Origin: a virus
Taxonomy: Duplodnaviria > Caudoviricetes
Reading direction: 5' to 3' (one strand)
IMG/VR virus record: IMGVR_UViG_3300032319_000936
Location: 96,001 to 160,000 of that record
Length of the DNA: 64,000 bases
Shown: in pieces, positions 9,744 to 18,976 of the stretch
Layout of the letters: each line of letters starts with the position of its first letter
Position numbering within the stretch: position 1 is the first letter of the stretch
Position numbers and translations under genes: made by a program
Notes under the pieces: model-generated
Told to the model about the DNA's origin: nothing
The model's database searches: none
What the model saw: only the letters and a program-made list of their open reading frames with translations

Positions 9744-10265
9744 TTAGTAAGAGTAATGAACCTCTTCAATTTGCTCTGGCTTCAGGTATACTGAATAGTG
9801 AGCAGGATTAGACTTAGCCTTAACAGACAAACTCTGAGGATAACAAACGATGAATGTTCCATCAGCGCTTTTATCGATTCTATCCACAATAAATTCAGAA
9901 TCAAAGAAAACATCCTGCATAACACCAGCTCTTTCAATATCTGAAGGTGCAGCTTTTTCTATATCTATTCCAGTTTCGCGTCTGTACTTAAGAGCAGCTT
10001 CCTCTTTTGCTTTTGCAATAACCTCATCAACATATACAGGCTTAGTTTTTCCTTGCGTTGGAATTTCAGCTACTACGGTTACCTCATCAACTTCTCCCAT
10101 TGCTTTCTGATCCAATAAATCTTGAATAACAGCAATTGCCTTAAGTGGGCTAACGTTCATTTCTGGCTCACCACCTGTTTTGTTAAATGCAGTGTCGTCG
10201 TAAACCGGGATCGAACTCTCGTTAACATTCGAAACAAAGTTCTCGTAGATTTTAATGTGTTTCAT
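9744..10265 (-). CDS. Hypothetical, probably virion-packaged protein
   Basis: Starts MKHIKIYENFVSNVNE; GATATATA motif at 10292-10299 upstream and a terminator downstream. Confidence 0.7.
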   Translation of the reverse strand: MKHIKIYENFVSNVNESSIPVYDDTAFNKTGGEPEMNVSPLKAIAVIQDLLDQKAMGEVDEVTVVAEIPTQGKTKPVYVDEVIAKAKEEAALKYRRETGIDIEKAAPSDIERAGVMQDVFFDSEFIVDRIDKSADGTFIVCYPQSLSVKAKSNPAHYSVYLKPEQIEEVHYSY

Positions 10266-10291
10266 TTCTATTTTTTTTATTTTTAATAGTC

Positions 10292-10299
10292 TATATATC
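10292..10299 (-). promoter_or_regulatory. Putative phage late promoter GATATATA (representative copy)
   Basis: The same octamer lies shortly upstream of starts at 16190, 18947, 20479(+), 30913, 36818, 42289 and 63928; the variant GATAAATA occurs at 12901, 23537 and 57117. Confidence 0.6.
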
Positions 10300-10315
10300 A
10301 AACAAATTTTAGAAA

Positions 10316-11599
10316 TTATACTCTCTCTAATTTAGCTTTTCCTGATTTAAGATTTTCTTTGCCCTGCTTATAGAACTCAAGATTTTTCTTCAATCTATCC
10401 TGCTCTTGCGGGTGCAATGATGCAAAAAACGGAGATACAACTATCTGGGAGGTCTTCTCAAAAGCTATATCGGGGTGACCTATATAGAAAGCTGCTATGG
10501 AATATTCATCAACCATTCTCCATTGCCATATTTCAGGCTCTACGAATAGAATGTCACTAGTCCCTGGTGTTTTGATAGCTAGGTCTCCGTAAGTGAAAGA
10601 TAAAACGTATCTGTTCTCTTCTCTAAGCTTTCTCATAACGTGAAATACAGCTTCTAATCTTTGCGGTCTGTATTCCCATGCTCTAGAGTAAGCATTGATA
10701 ATCTCCATCGAAGGGAACTTCATCTTCTCCATTAATTTAGCTATCATATAGAGTGAATAGTAAACTTCCTCCTCCCATTCGCCTGCTTCTGCTCTTTTCT
10801 TATAAGCTTCTAGAGACTTTTCCAGCTGATCGGAATCCCTGTAACTTTGAGCCAAATAGAACATATATCTGGTATTGTTTGGCTCGTCCTCTAGTGCTTT
10901 TTCTAGAATCTCAGCATCTTTAGCATACTTCTCTTCTAGAGAGTTAGCTCTTTTCAATGGGCTGATATCTGCTTTAACGTGGCATCCTGGAAGAATAGCA
11001 CTTTTCAAATTTGGTAAATCGCAATGAAGATACTCGTGGAGTACACCCTTATAAACCCAAGGTTGATTGGATCTAACTATCTGAGCTCTGTGATATTGGA
11101 GAGCATTAAGTCTGTATGTGATCTGATAAGTGTCCATTGACTTATCAATGTGTGCAAATGGATTAAACCCAAATTGCTCAACAATAAACGTATCATCCGC
11201 ATCAATGATCCATCTATAATCGCATTTATCCTTAGCCAACTCAAGACTTTCAGTTCTGTTAACCTCAAAGTTAACCCAAGGTCTCTCGTGAAGCTCACCC
11301 TCTATTTCAAACTCTGCCATTGTTTCCCTGATCACCTCGATGGTATTATCAGTGGATCCTGTGTCAACAATTACCCAGTAGTTGATATAAGGGGCTACTT
11401 TTGATAAACACTCCCTGATATTATCGGCCTCGTCTTTTACGATCATAACCAAACACAGAGTAACTGTTTGTTTTTTAATCTCCTGCAATCCTGATATAGG
11501 GGCAGCTTTCATTGTTGAATTTTGTTGCGGTTGCTTAAAATTTTGTTTAGGTGGATTTGGCTTATTCCCACCTTTTTTTTTCTTTCTACTTGTTGGCAT
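10316..11599 (-). CDS. Family 2 glycosyltransferase with C-terminal TPR repeats
   Basis: CLVMIVKDE, VDTGSTDNT, IDADD (DxD), YKGVLHE, then TPR-like FYLAQSYRD helices. Confidence 0.9.
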   Translation of the reverse strand: MPTSRKKKKGGNKPNPPKQNFKQPQQNSTMKAAPISGLQEIKKQTVTLCLVMIVKDEADNIRECLSKVAPYINYWVIVDTGSTDNTIEVIRETMAEFEIEGELHERPWVNFEVNRTESLELAKDKCDYRWIIDADDTFIVEQFGFNPFAHIDKSMDTYQITYRLNALQYHRAQIVRSNQPWVYKGVLHEYLHCDLPNLKSAILPGCHVKADISPLKRANSLEEKYAKDAEILEKALEDEPNNTRYMFYLAQSYRDSDQLEKSLEAYKKRAEAGEWEEEVYYSLYMIAKLMEKMKFPSMEIINAYSRAWEYRPQRLEAVFHVMRKLREENRYVLSFTYGDLAIKTPGTSDILFVEPEIWQWRMVDEYSIAAFYIGHPDIAFEKTSQIVVSPFFASLHPQEQDRLKKNLEFYKQGKENLKSGKAKLERV

Positions 11600-11619
11600 T
11601 TTGAAAAATTTTGTTATTG

Positions 11620-12255
11620 TTATAGTTTATTTACTGATAAGATTTCATAATTAAGACCTGAATAATCTAATTCTGTCGCTATCCCGTATGTTTGCCCATC
11701 TATTTCACCTGAAAAGATTATCTCAGGAGCAAAAGGATCAATCCTATCCAGCACTATCTTGTGTAGCTTACCGTTCCAGATCCAGGTTACCCACTTCATG
11801 TTCTTTCTTAGAACCTTACCGCAGTGCTTATCCCTGTTACCCAGCATAACACGAATCCTGGTATTTTTTCCAGTAGGTGAGGGGTAAACTTCTACCAGTA
11901 CAGGATTTTCTAGAGAACCCGATATGAGTTCTAGACTTTTGAGATTGCAGCTTATTATAACTAGATCTCCTAGATCCAACCATTTCATTTTAGAATCTAT
12001 GCCCCGGATTGACTCCTTTATTATGGTTTTAAGTTTTCCTTCGTCTGTAGATTCGACATCAATATAGGAACTAAAGTCTTTAGATTTATAATTCTTAACA
12101 CCTTTTACAAATGATCCAGTTACAGAAGAGAAAACTGAGACCAGAAGATTCACAGCTTCATCTAAGAATGTCCTTTCGACACTCTGTTTAAGCTTCTCCT
12201 CTTTAATCCTCTTTTTTAAGGAATTTACAAATTGATCGACTGCTTCAGAACGCAT
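11620..12255 (-). CDS. Hypothetical protein
   Basis: Its ATG overlaps the adk stop (TAATG coupling). Confidence 0.65.
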   Translation of the reverse strand: MRSEAVDQFVNSLKKRIKEEKLKQSVERTFLDEAVNLLVSVFSSVTGSFVKGVKNYKSKDFSSYIDVESTDEGKLKTIIKESIRGIDSKMKWLDLGDLVIISCNLKSLELISGSLENPVLVEVYPSPTGKNTRIRVMLGNRDKHCGKVLRKNMKWVTWIWNGKLHKIVLDRIDPFAPEIIFSGEIDGQTYGIATELDYSGLNYEILSVNKL

Positions 12256-12896
12256 TATCCTTTATTTTGCTCCTTGGACTTTTGCAAGCCCAAAGCATCA
12301 ACAACATTAGACAAAACCGCTTCCTTCCCTTCGGACGAGTCTATTTTCTTAACTTTCCTGTTTTTAGTGTAAAGCTCTATCAGAGGTAAAGTCTTTTCAA
12401 GGTACTCGTCAAATCTCTTGTTAATAGTTTCAAAACTAGCATCGTCCTTCCTCCCCTCTTCTTTAGCTCTTTTCTGTAATCTAGAGATTGCTTCTTCCCT
12501 CGGTAGGTCTAAGAAAATAGCATGATTTAAGCCAAGCCCTAGTTTTCCTAGCATTTTATCTAGCATCTTAGATTGCTCTATATTCCTAGGAAATCCATCA
12601 AATGCTATATTCTTTTCTAAATCAAGTTCCTTAACCTTTTCATTTAACATCTCTAGCATCTTATCGTCTGGAATCATATTTCCATTTGCTATGATTTCCT
12701 TCAGCTCCTTATCGTCGGAGTTTCTAATTAGATCGCCTGTTGAAATGTGCTGAAAATCATAGTCCTTTACTAGTCCCTTTGCTAGAGTTCCTTTCCCTGA
12801 TCCAGGAGGGCCAAGGAGAACTATTATTTTCCCCTGCTTATCCGGAAGCTCTCTTTCGTTTACAAAATCGGAAAATCTTTTAATACTAGAATTCAT
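12255..12896 (-). CDS. adk: Adenylate kinase with N-terminal extension
   Basis: GPPGSGKGT P-loop, HISTGDLIR, DGFPR and short LID RKDD. Confidence 0.95.
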   Translation of the reverse strand: MNSSIKRFSDFVNERELPDKQGKIIVLLGPPGSGKGTLAKGLVKDYDFQHISTGDLIRNSDDKELKEIIANGNMIPDDKMLEMLNEKVKELDLEKNIAFDGFPRNIEQSKMLDKMLGKLGLGLNHAIFLDLPREEAISRLQKRAKEEGRKDDASFETINKRFDEYLEKTLPLIELYTKNRKVKKIDSSEGKEAVLSNVVDALGLQKSKEQNKG

Positions 12897-12917
12897 ACCC
12901 TATTTATCTATTTTTAA

Positions 12918-13694
12918 TTAAGATCCACAAGCAATACATCCATCAGGTCCACCGTCAAGGCTACATACTATATCGGAAGTTAATTTAGCGGCCAAATCAG
13001 CTAGCTCCTGTGAATTGTGAGTGAGTTCCTCAGGTAGCTCCGTTACAACTTTCTTAACTTCGTATTGCGGAACTGTTTCAATAACAGGGGCTTTAACCTC
13101 TTCTGTCTTTTGTGTCTTATATTTAGATAGATCAACACCAAGTCCTGAAAGAGCATCAGCTGCTGATTTAGTTCTCAAATAGTACATACCGGTCTTTAAC
13201 CCGATCTCCCAACTATGGAAGTGAGCAGCTGTCAATTTAGCAGCATTCACTCCCTCAATGAACAAGTTCATAGACTGTGATTGGCAGATAAATCTTCCTC
13301 TGTCTGCTGACATGTCCAATAGATCTTTTTGCTTGATCTCCCATACAGTTTTATAAACCTCCTTAATATCGTCTGGTATGCTAGGAATGTTCTGTACCGA
13401 TCCCTTGTTGATTATAATCATATTCTTCATATCCTCACCCCAGAGGTCCAGATTTATAAGATCTTTCACAAGATGCTTATTGACAACTACAAATTCTCCG
13501 GATAGTGTTCTTCTGGTGTAGATATTAGATGTGAACGGCTCAAATGCCTCATTGTTCCCCATTATCTGAGCTGTGTTGTGTGAAACCATACCGTTTTCCA
13601 ACAAGTATTCGTTAACATCCGGCACTTCAAGATCCCAAGTTGATCTTTCTTGGTCTGCCTTTCTGATTGATTTTATTTTTATCGTCTGTTTCAT
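12918..13694 (-). CDS. nrdA: Ribonucleotide reductase alpha (NrdA) piece 3: IntC-2 (40 aa) plus C-terminal extein (218 aa)
   Basis: WDLEVPDVNEYLLENGMVSHN|TAQIMGNNEAFEP...QSQSMN...LKTGMYYLR...CIACGS. Confidence 0.95.
   Translation of the reverse strand: MKQTIKIKSIRKADQERSTWDLEVPDVNEYLLENGMVSHNTAQIMGNNEAFEPFTSNIYTRRTLSGEFVVVNKHLVKDLINLDLWGEDMKNMIIINKGSVQNIPSIPDDIKEVYKTVWEIKQKDLLDMSADRGRFICQSQSMNLFIEGVNAAKLTAAHFHSWEIGLKTGMYYLRTKSAADALSGLGVDLSKYKTQKTEEVKAPVIETVPQYEVKKVVTELPEELTHNSQELADLAAKLTSDIVCSLDGGPDGCIACGS
13575..13694 (-). mobile_element. Split intein 2 of NrdA, C-half
   Basis: Blocks F/G ending HN, followed by Thr+1. Confidence 0.93.
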
Positions 13695-13734
13695 ATTTGT
13701 AATTTATTTTATTTTTTGCCAACCAAAATATGAA

Positions 13735-14073
13735 TTATCCCTTGATTATTTCATCATTCTCAGTGAGTTCATCAGCTCTAACCCAAACTTCCTCCCCATT
13801 TCTCTGACAAAGGAATCTGTGGTTGTGAGAGCATGTTACCACGTTACCATCCTCGGTCTCTATTTCAATAACAGGGACTTTGCCATTATAGAATATTTTT
13901 TCACATTCCTTAGTTCCGAATCGTGTCTCAACTTTAACTTTATCGTCAAAGAAAACCCACTGTTGCTGGCCAGATTCTTCTATCGATTTCCAGTCTATAT
14001 TTCTCTCTTCTAATATTTCTATATAGGACTTAACTCCACGATCGGTTCTGATTCTTGATTCAGGCACAAGACA
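13735..14073 (-). mobile_element. Split intein 2 of NrdA, N-half
   Basis: CLVPESRIRTDRG block A, ETEDGNVVTCSHNHRF block B, WVRADELTENDEI block N4, then TAA. Confidence 0.93.
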
Positions 14074-15279
14074 ACTGGCTGTAGGCATGGGTGCCAGGAG
14101 TAAAGAGTTTCTAACACCGTGTTTCATAACATCCTTTCTCAATTTACCCCAATCCCATCTCCCTGAAAGATCATCATCATTGAAACCCCACATATTGAAC
14201 TGGAATTCTCCTTTGCTAATCGGTGAGCCCTCAAATGATTCGTATGCACCATTAGCTTTTGCTAGATCTTTAGAAGCTGTGCATGATGCAAAATAGATTG
14301 TCTCAAAAATATCAGAGTTTATCTTTCTGGCTTCTTCCGACGTGAATCCGATACCCATGATAGCATATAAATCTGCCAATCCCTGGATACCTATTCCGAT
14401 TGGTCTGTGCTTCGTATTGGATCTCTTGGTCTCCTCTGTTGGATAGTAGTTAACATCAATAACCTGATTTAGATTAAGTGTTGTCTGATATGCCACCTTA
14501 TAAAGCTCATCGTGATCAACGTCACACTTGCCTCTTATTAACTTCGTTGTTCTAGCGTCGGTCGACTTTAAGAACTTGTTAACTGGAATGGATGCAAGGT
14601 TACAAACAGCTTGTTCCTCCTTAGAAGTAACCTCCATGATCTCGGTACATAAATTAGAACTCTTGATTGTGCCGATATTCTTCTGGTTAGATTTCTTATT
14701 CGCGTGGTCCTTGTATAGGATATAAGGAGTTCCGGTCTCGATTTGTGACTCAATTATCTTCGCCCAGAGATCTCTTGCTTTGAGTGTTTTTCTAGCCTTT
14801 CCAGCTTCCTCAGCAGCAATATAAGCTTGGTCGAAGGCATCTCCGTATAATTCCCAAATCCCTTCCACATCAGATGGAGAGAATAAAGACCATTCGCCAT
14901 TTTCTTTTACTCTCTTCATGAAGAGATCAGGTGTCCAAAGAGCCAAGAAAAGATCACGAGCTCTTCTTTCTTCCTTACCTGTATTCTTTCTAAGATCTAA
15001 GAAATCCTCAATGTCAGCATGCCAAGGCTCCATGTAGATAGCGAAGGATCCTTTTCTGCGGCCGCCCCCGTTATGCACTATTGAGATATCAGTAGAATAA
15101 TTTGGTACATCCTTAACTCTCAGATCATATAGATTAGAATCTGCTATCTCAGCTTTTTTAACTCCCTTTACCCTATTAAATTTTAATTTTTCTAAAGAAA
15201 GGCTAACTGATTCCTCTCTTATTTCCCCATCGATCTCAGGATGATGCAAAAAGACATTTTTAATTTTTCCCATTTTCAT
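13735..15279 (-). CDS. nrdA: NrdA piece 2: IntC-1 (70 aa) + central extein (332 aa) + IntN-2 (112 aa)
   Basis: ...IVHN|GGGRRKGSFAIYMEPWH...ETGTPY...SSNLCTEI (thiyl-radical Cys)...VCNLAS...RNSLLLAPMPTAS|CLVPES... Confidence 0.95.
   Translation of the reverse strand: MKMGKIKNVFLHHPEIDGEIREESVSLSLEKLKFNRVKGVKKAEIADSNLYDLRVKDVPNYSTDISIVHNGGGRRKGSFAIYMEPWHADIEDFLDLRKNTGKEERRARDLFLALWTPDLFMKRVKENGEWSLFSPSDVEGIWELYGDAFDQAYIAAEEAGKARKTLKARDLWAKIIESQIETGTPYILYKDHANKKSNQKNIGTIKSSNLCTEIMEVTSKEEQAVCNLASIPVNKFLKSTDARTTKLIRGKCDVDHDELYKVAYQTTLNLNQVIDVNYYPTEETKRSNTKHRPIGIGIQGLADLYAIMGIGFTSEEARKINSDIFETIYFASCTASKDLAKANGAYESFEGSPISKGEFQFNMWGFNDDDLSGRWDWGKLRKDVMKHGVRNSLLLAPMPTASCLVPESRIRTDRGVKSYIEILEERNIDWKSIEESGQQQWVFFDDKVKVETRFGTKECEKIFYNGKVPVIEIETEDGNVVTCSHNHRFLCQRNGEEVWVRADELTENDEIIKG
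15070..15279 (-). mobile_element. Split intein 1 of NrdA, C-half (followed by Gly+1)
   Basis: YDLRVKDVPNY block F and SIVHN block G; the next codon is GGG. Confidence 0.88.
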
Positions 15280-15280
15280 T

Positions 15281-16174
15281 TTATATTATCTCACTTTTTT
15301 TATTTTTTTCATCCCATATATGAAATTCAAATTTGAATCCCTTAAATACGCAAGACTCTTTTTTAGCTATGTTCTTTTCATAATCCAGTCTTAAACTATA
15401 ATCCGATTTAACTTCTACTATTCTATTTTCTGGAACTATATAGAGGTCAGGATAGTACTCCCTTTCAATCCCCTTAAAAAAATACACAATTGGATCATTC
15501 TCCTCAAATCCTATTTTTAAATCACTTCTTTTGTATTTTTTTAAAAATTCGGGTATAACAAATCTTTCATATCCCTGTACTCTTATCAATTCACCTTCAT
15601 GTGAAATAGTATAGGATTTGTAGGATTGTTCTTTTTTTCTTCTACATATGTTGGAACATGTTTTTCTAAATCCTTTGTTTGTTAATCTTTCTTTAGCTGG
15701 TTTCCCGCAAACTTCGCATTTAGGATGGTCCACCACATCATTCAAAAACATATGGATCATTATCCTTTTATCTGAGAAATTACTGTATCTGTTTTTTAAC
15801 TCCTCAATTAGAATATAATTCTCCATTAGCATCTGTGTAACTGAACCACATTTTTTTTGTTTTTCTAAACTATCCTCAGTAAGTGATTGTTTAAATTTAT
15901 CCAGTGTATCTACAAGAAATTTATCGCTCAATTCTTTATATTCGCCTTTGCTGTTATATTTTTTATAGGATCCTCTAAATTTCTTAAATCCTAATTTATC
16001 TCTAGGTACTTCGTGCAATCCATTCTCATACAAATAGGAAATTTCTTCGTACGGTAACCCATAGAATCCCATCTCTTTAGACCACTCTATGATATTTAAA
16101 GTCTTATCCGGATAATGCGAGGACATGTACGAATATTTTCTGAATTTTCCAGATTTGTCTTCTTCCATAGTCAT
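15281..16174 (-). CDS. Free-standing putative homing endonuclease (Zn-finger plus PD-(D/E)xK domain) between split-intein halves
   Basis: CEVCGKP...TCSNIC zinc motif and YYPDLYIVPENRIVEVKS. It is located between IntN-1 and IntC-1 and has its own GATATATA motif at 16190-16197. Confidence 0.8.
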   Translation of the reverse strand: MTMEEDKSGKFRKYSYMSSHYPDKTLNIIEWSKEMGFYGLPYEEISYLYENGLHEVPRDKLGFKKFRGSYKKYNSKGEYKELSDKFLVDTLDKFKQSLTEDSLEKQKKCGSVTQMLMENYILIEELKNRYSNFSDKRIMIHMFLNDVVDHPKCEVCGKPAKERLTNKGFRKTCSNICRRKKEQSYKSYTISHEGELIRVQGYERFVIPEFLKKYKRSDLKIGFEENDPIVYFFKGIEREYYPDLYIVPENRIVEVKSDYSLRLDYEKNIAKKESCVFKGFKFEFHIWDEKNKKSEII

Positions 16175-16219
16175 TGAATATTTTTAATTTATATATCAGA
16201 CCAGGGCGGAGTTTTTATA

Positions 16220-16543
16220 TTAAAAGCTTAGCAAAATATCCTCGCCGGTAATATTTTTTGCCTCTATCCATTCTGGATTTATGGTTCCAGATTCGAATTT
16301 AATCTCTATATTTTCTATGAGATTTCCACCCTTAATGCATAGAAATAAATGGTCCTCGGTAACTATATTTTTACCACCATCTGTTTCTATTTCGACCATT
16401 ATTTTATCTGATGATCTTGTGACTATCTTTTCTTCAACCAAATGATATTCGCCATCGGAAGAAAGTACTAGATCACCCGCTTCGATCTCTTCTATCTTTT
16501 TATCACCTCCACTAACTCTAATTAGGGTCTCACCAATAAAACA
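16220..16543 (-). mobile_element. Split intein 1 of NrdA, N-half
   Basis: CFIGETLI block [17 protein letters not shown] block B (TxxH), [13 protein letters not shown], then TAA. Confidence 0.92.
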
Positions 16544-17407
16544 CTGATCTACGTACCTCGCAGTCTCATTAAAAACTCTTAGCATCGGTATAATACCATT
16601 GGAATTACCATTTGTACCTTTGATGTAAGATCCTGTGCTTCTAATGTTATGAATAGCCAATCCTATTCCTCCTGCATTCTGTGAAATAACAGCAACATCT
16701 GATAATGTCTTGTAAATACCAGGAATTGAATCATCGTCCATCATTAACAGAAAGCAAGACGAAAGCTGAGGTTTCTTAGTACCGGAATTAAACAGGGTTG
16801 GTGTTGCATGTGTCATCATGTGGTTAGAAAGAAGCTCGTAAGTTTTAATAACGTTCTTCATATCATCTCCCCATATACCAGCGGCAACACGCATATACAT
16901 GTGCTGTGGTGTTTCTGCTACCTCACCGTTTGTTTTTAACAGGTAACTTTTCTCGAGGGTCTTAAAGCCAAAATACTCAAAATCAAAATCTCTCTCGTGA
17001 AGTATTGCACTATCCAGCTTGTTTTTATTCTGCATTACAACCTGATAGGTTTTTTCGCTAATCATCCCAGCTGGCTGATTAGTAACAGGATCTATGTAAT
17101 TATAAAGAGTCTCTATAGTATCTGAGAATTTCTTCTTTGTTGTTTTGTGCAGTCTAGAAACTGCAATTCTAGAAGCTAGAATGGAATGGTCAGGATGCTT
17201 TGGTATCATGGAAGCAGCTGTCTCAGCTGCTAAGGTGTCCAACTCCTGAGTGGATATACCATCATAGATTCCCGCGATTACCTTCTGGGAGATACCCACA
17301 GGGTCAACTAGGTCCTGGTTTAGACCATAGGTCATCTTTCTAATTCTATTAGAAACTTTCTCAAATCTCACTGGTTCTTTAGAACCGTCTCTCTTAATTA
17401 CTTGCAT
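16220..17407 (-). CDS. nrdA: NrdA piece 1: ATP-cone and N-terminal extein (288 aa) + IntN-1 (107 aa)
   Basis: [11 protein letters not shown] cone, [38 protein letters not shown]|CFIGET. Confidence 0.95.
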   Translation of the reverse strand: MQVIKRDGSKEPVRFEKVSNRIRKMTYGLNQDLVDPVGISQKVIAGIYDGISTQELDTLAAETAASMIPKHPDHSILASRIAVSRLHKTTKKKFSDTIETLYNYIDPVTNQPAGMISEKTYQVVMQNKNKLDSAILHERDFDFEYFGFKTLEKSYLLKTNGEVAETPQHMYMRVAAGIWGDDMKNVIKTYELLSNHMMTHATPTLFNSGTKKPQLSSCFLLMMDDDSIPGIYKTLSDVAVISQNAGGIGLAIHNIRSTGSYIKGTNGNSNGIIPMLRVFNETARYVDQCFIGETLIRVSGGDKKIEEIEAGDLVLSSDGEYHLVEEKIVTRSSDKIMVEIETDGGKNIVTEDHLFLCIKGGNLIENIEIKFESGTINPEWIEAKNITGEDILLSF

Positions 17408-17425
17408 ATTTTATTTAACTTATTT

Positions 17426-18415
17426 TTAGAAATCTGTATCAAACCCAAATGGATCGTCCTCGCTTTTATTCATGATACCCGCTTTCTGATACTCCGAGAC
17501 CCTCTTTTCAAAAAAGTTCGACTTTCCCTGTAATGCTATATTAGCCATGAAATCGAATGGATTTTCAGAATTGTAAACTCTTGAGCAGCCAAGGTCTACT
17601 AATAGTCTATCTGTCACAAATTCAAGATACTGTATCATTAATTCAGAGTTCATACCAATTAGTCTAACTGGAAGTGACTCTGTTATGAATTCCTTCTCAA
17701 TTTCCAAAGCGCTGGTGAGAATTTCTTTTATTCTATCTGGAGAAACCTTATTGATGATGTGATTGTTGTGCAAATGTACAGCAAAATCGCAATGCATTCC
17801 CTCGTCTCTTGAGATTAGCTCATTAGAAAACGAAAGGCCTGGCATTAACCCTCTTTTCTTTAGCCAGAAAATAGAGCAGAATGAACCAGAGAAGAAAATT
17901 CCTTCCACAGCTGCAAAAGCAATAAGTCTCTCCTGGAAATGTGGTGAATCGATCCACTTTAGAGCCCATTCTGCTTTTTTCTTAACAGCTGGGATTGTAT
18001 CAATAGCTTTGAAAAGCATATTTTTTTCTTCCTGCTCCTGAATATAGGTATCAATCAACAAGGAGTAAGTCTCGCTATGGATATTTTCCATCATGATCTG
18101 AAACCCATAGAAGAACTTGGCTTCAGAATATTGAACCTCTTTAACGAAGTTCTCCGCTAGATTTTCATTCACTATACCATCTGAGGCAGCGAAGAAAGCT
18201 AAGATATTCTTAACGAAATATTTCTCATCCTCATTAAGAACGTTTCTCCAGTCGTTTAAATCCTGAGATAGGTCTATCTCTTCCGCAGTCCATATGCAAG
18301 CCTGCTGCTTTTTATAAAGATCCCATAAATCTGGATGCTCTATAGGGAATATAACGAACCTATTTGGGTTCTCCTGGAGGATCTTTTCCCCATAGGAATA
18401 TACTGAATTTTCCAT
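17426..18415 (-). CDS. nrdB: Ribonucleotide reductase class Ia beta subunit
   Basis: [47 protein letters not shown]. Confidence 0.97.
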   Translation of the reverse strand: MENSVYSYGEKILQENPNRFVIFPIEHPDLWDLYKKQQACIWTAEEIDLSQDLNDWRNVLNEDEKYFVKNILAFFAASDGIVNENLAENFVKEVQYSEAKFFYGFQIMMENIHSETYSLLIDTYIQEQEEKNMLFKAIDTIPAVKKKAEWALKWIDSPHFQERLIAFAAVEGIFFSGSFCSIFWLKKRGLMPGLSFSNELISRDEGMHCDFAVHLHNNHIINKVSPDRIKEILTSALEIEKEFITESLPVRLIGMNSELMIQYLEFVTDRLLVDLGCSRVYNSENPFDFMANIALQGKSNFFEKRVSEYQKAGIMNKSEDDPFGFDTDF

Positions 18416-18429
18416 TAAATTAATTTTTT

Positions 18430-18894
18430 TTAATAACCTCTATTTTGACGGTCGTGATTTTCTTTTTGCTTTGCCATATAGAGATTCACGATATCCTCGC
18501 TTGTCATTCCCATGGAAATACCAAAATTCATAAAGAAGTGGAGACCGTCGATCCACTCGTAATAAAGCTCTAATTTATCAGATTCCGATAGATCTGAAAT
18601 TTTCATGTCTGCGGCTTTAGCATTGTCTTTTTTCCAATATTTCCATGCGGCAGAGCCTATACCATCATTAACACCACCGAGTGCATCGAACATCTCATTA
18701 AGTTCGTCGGCTAAAGCGTGTTTGTTCACCATCCAAAAGTCAGCAATTTGCTTTATTGTCCAATCGGTAAAATCAAACCCGTATCTAGTCTGAAGCTCCT
18801 TTTGTTTATTGTAGATTAGTCCCAGTGTGTCCTCTGTTCCTTTGTAATAGTCCTGAACTTCTAGATCAGCACATTTGTTGTCTGTGTTAGCCAT
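18430..18894 (-). CDS. Dimeric all-alpha dUTPase/dCTPase (gp56-like)
   Basis: [37 protein letters not shown]. Confidence 0.85.
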   Translation of the reverse strand: MANTDNKCADLEVQDYYKGTEDTLGLIYNKQKELQTRYGFDFTDWTIKQIADFWMVNKHALADELNEMFDALGGVNDGIGSAAWKYWKKDNAKAADMKISDLSESDKLELYYEWIDGLHFFMNFGISMGMTSEDIVNLYMAKQKENHDRQNRGY

Positions 18895-18976
18895 TTTCTT
18901 GGTTTTTAATAGTTTAAATTAAGGTTTGACTCCCACCGGGGTTTTTTATATATCACCCCGGTTAGCCTTGGTCCCT

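Noticed and set aside
6321-17407. Stop-codon reassignment or frameshift artefact explaining the broken genes
   Set aside because: All breaks are TAA, the spacers are 110 and 40 nt or contain a whole gene, each downstream piece has its own ATG, and other genes end normally at TAG and TGA.
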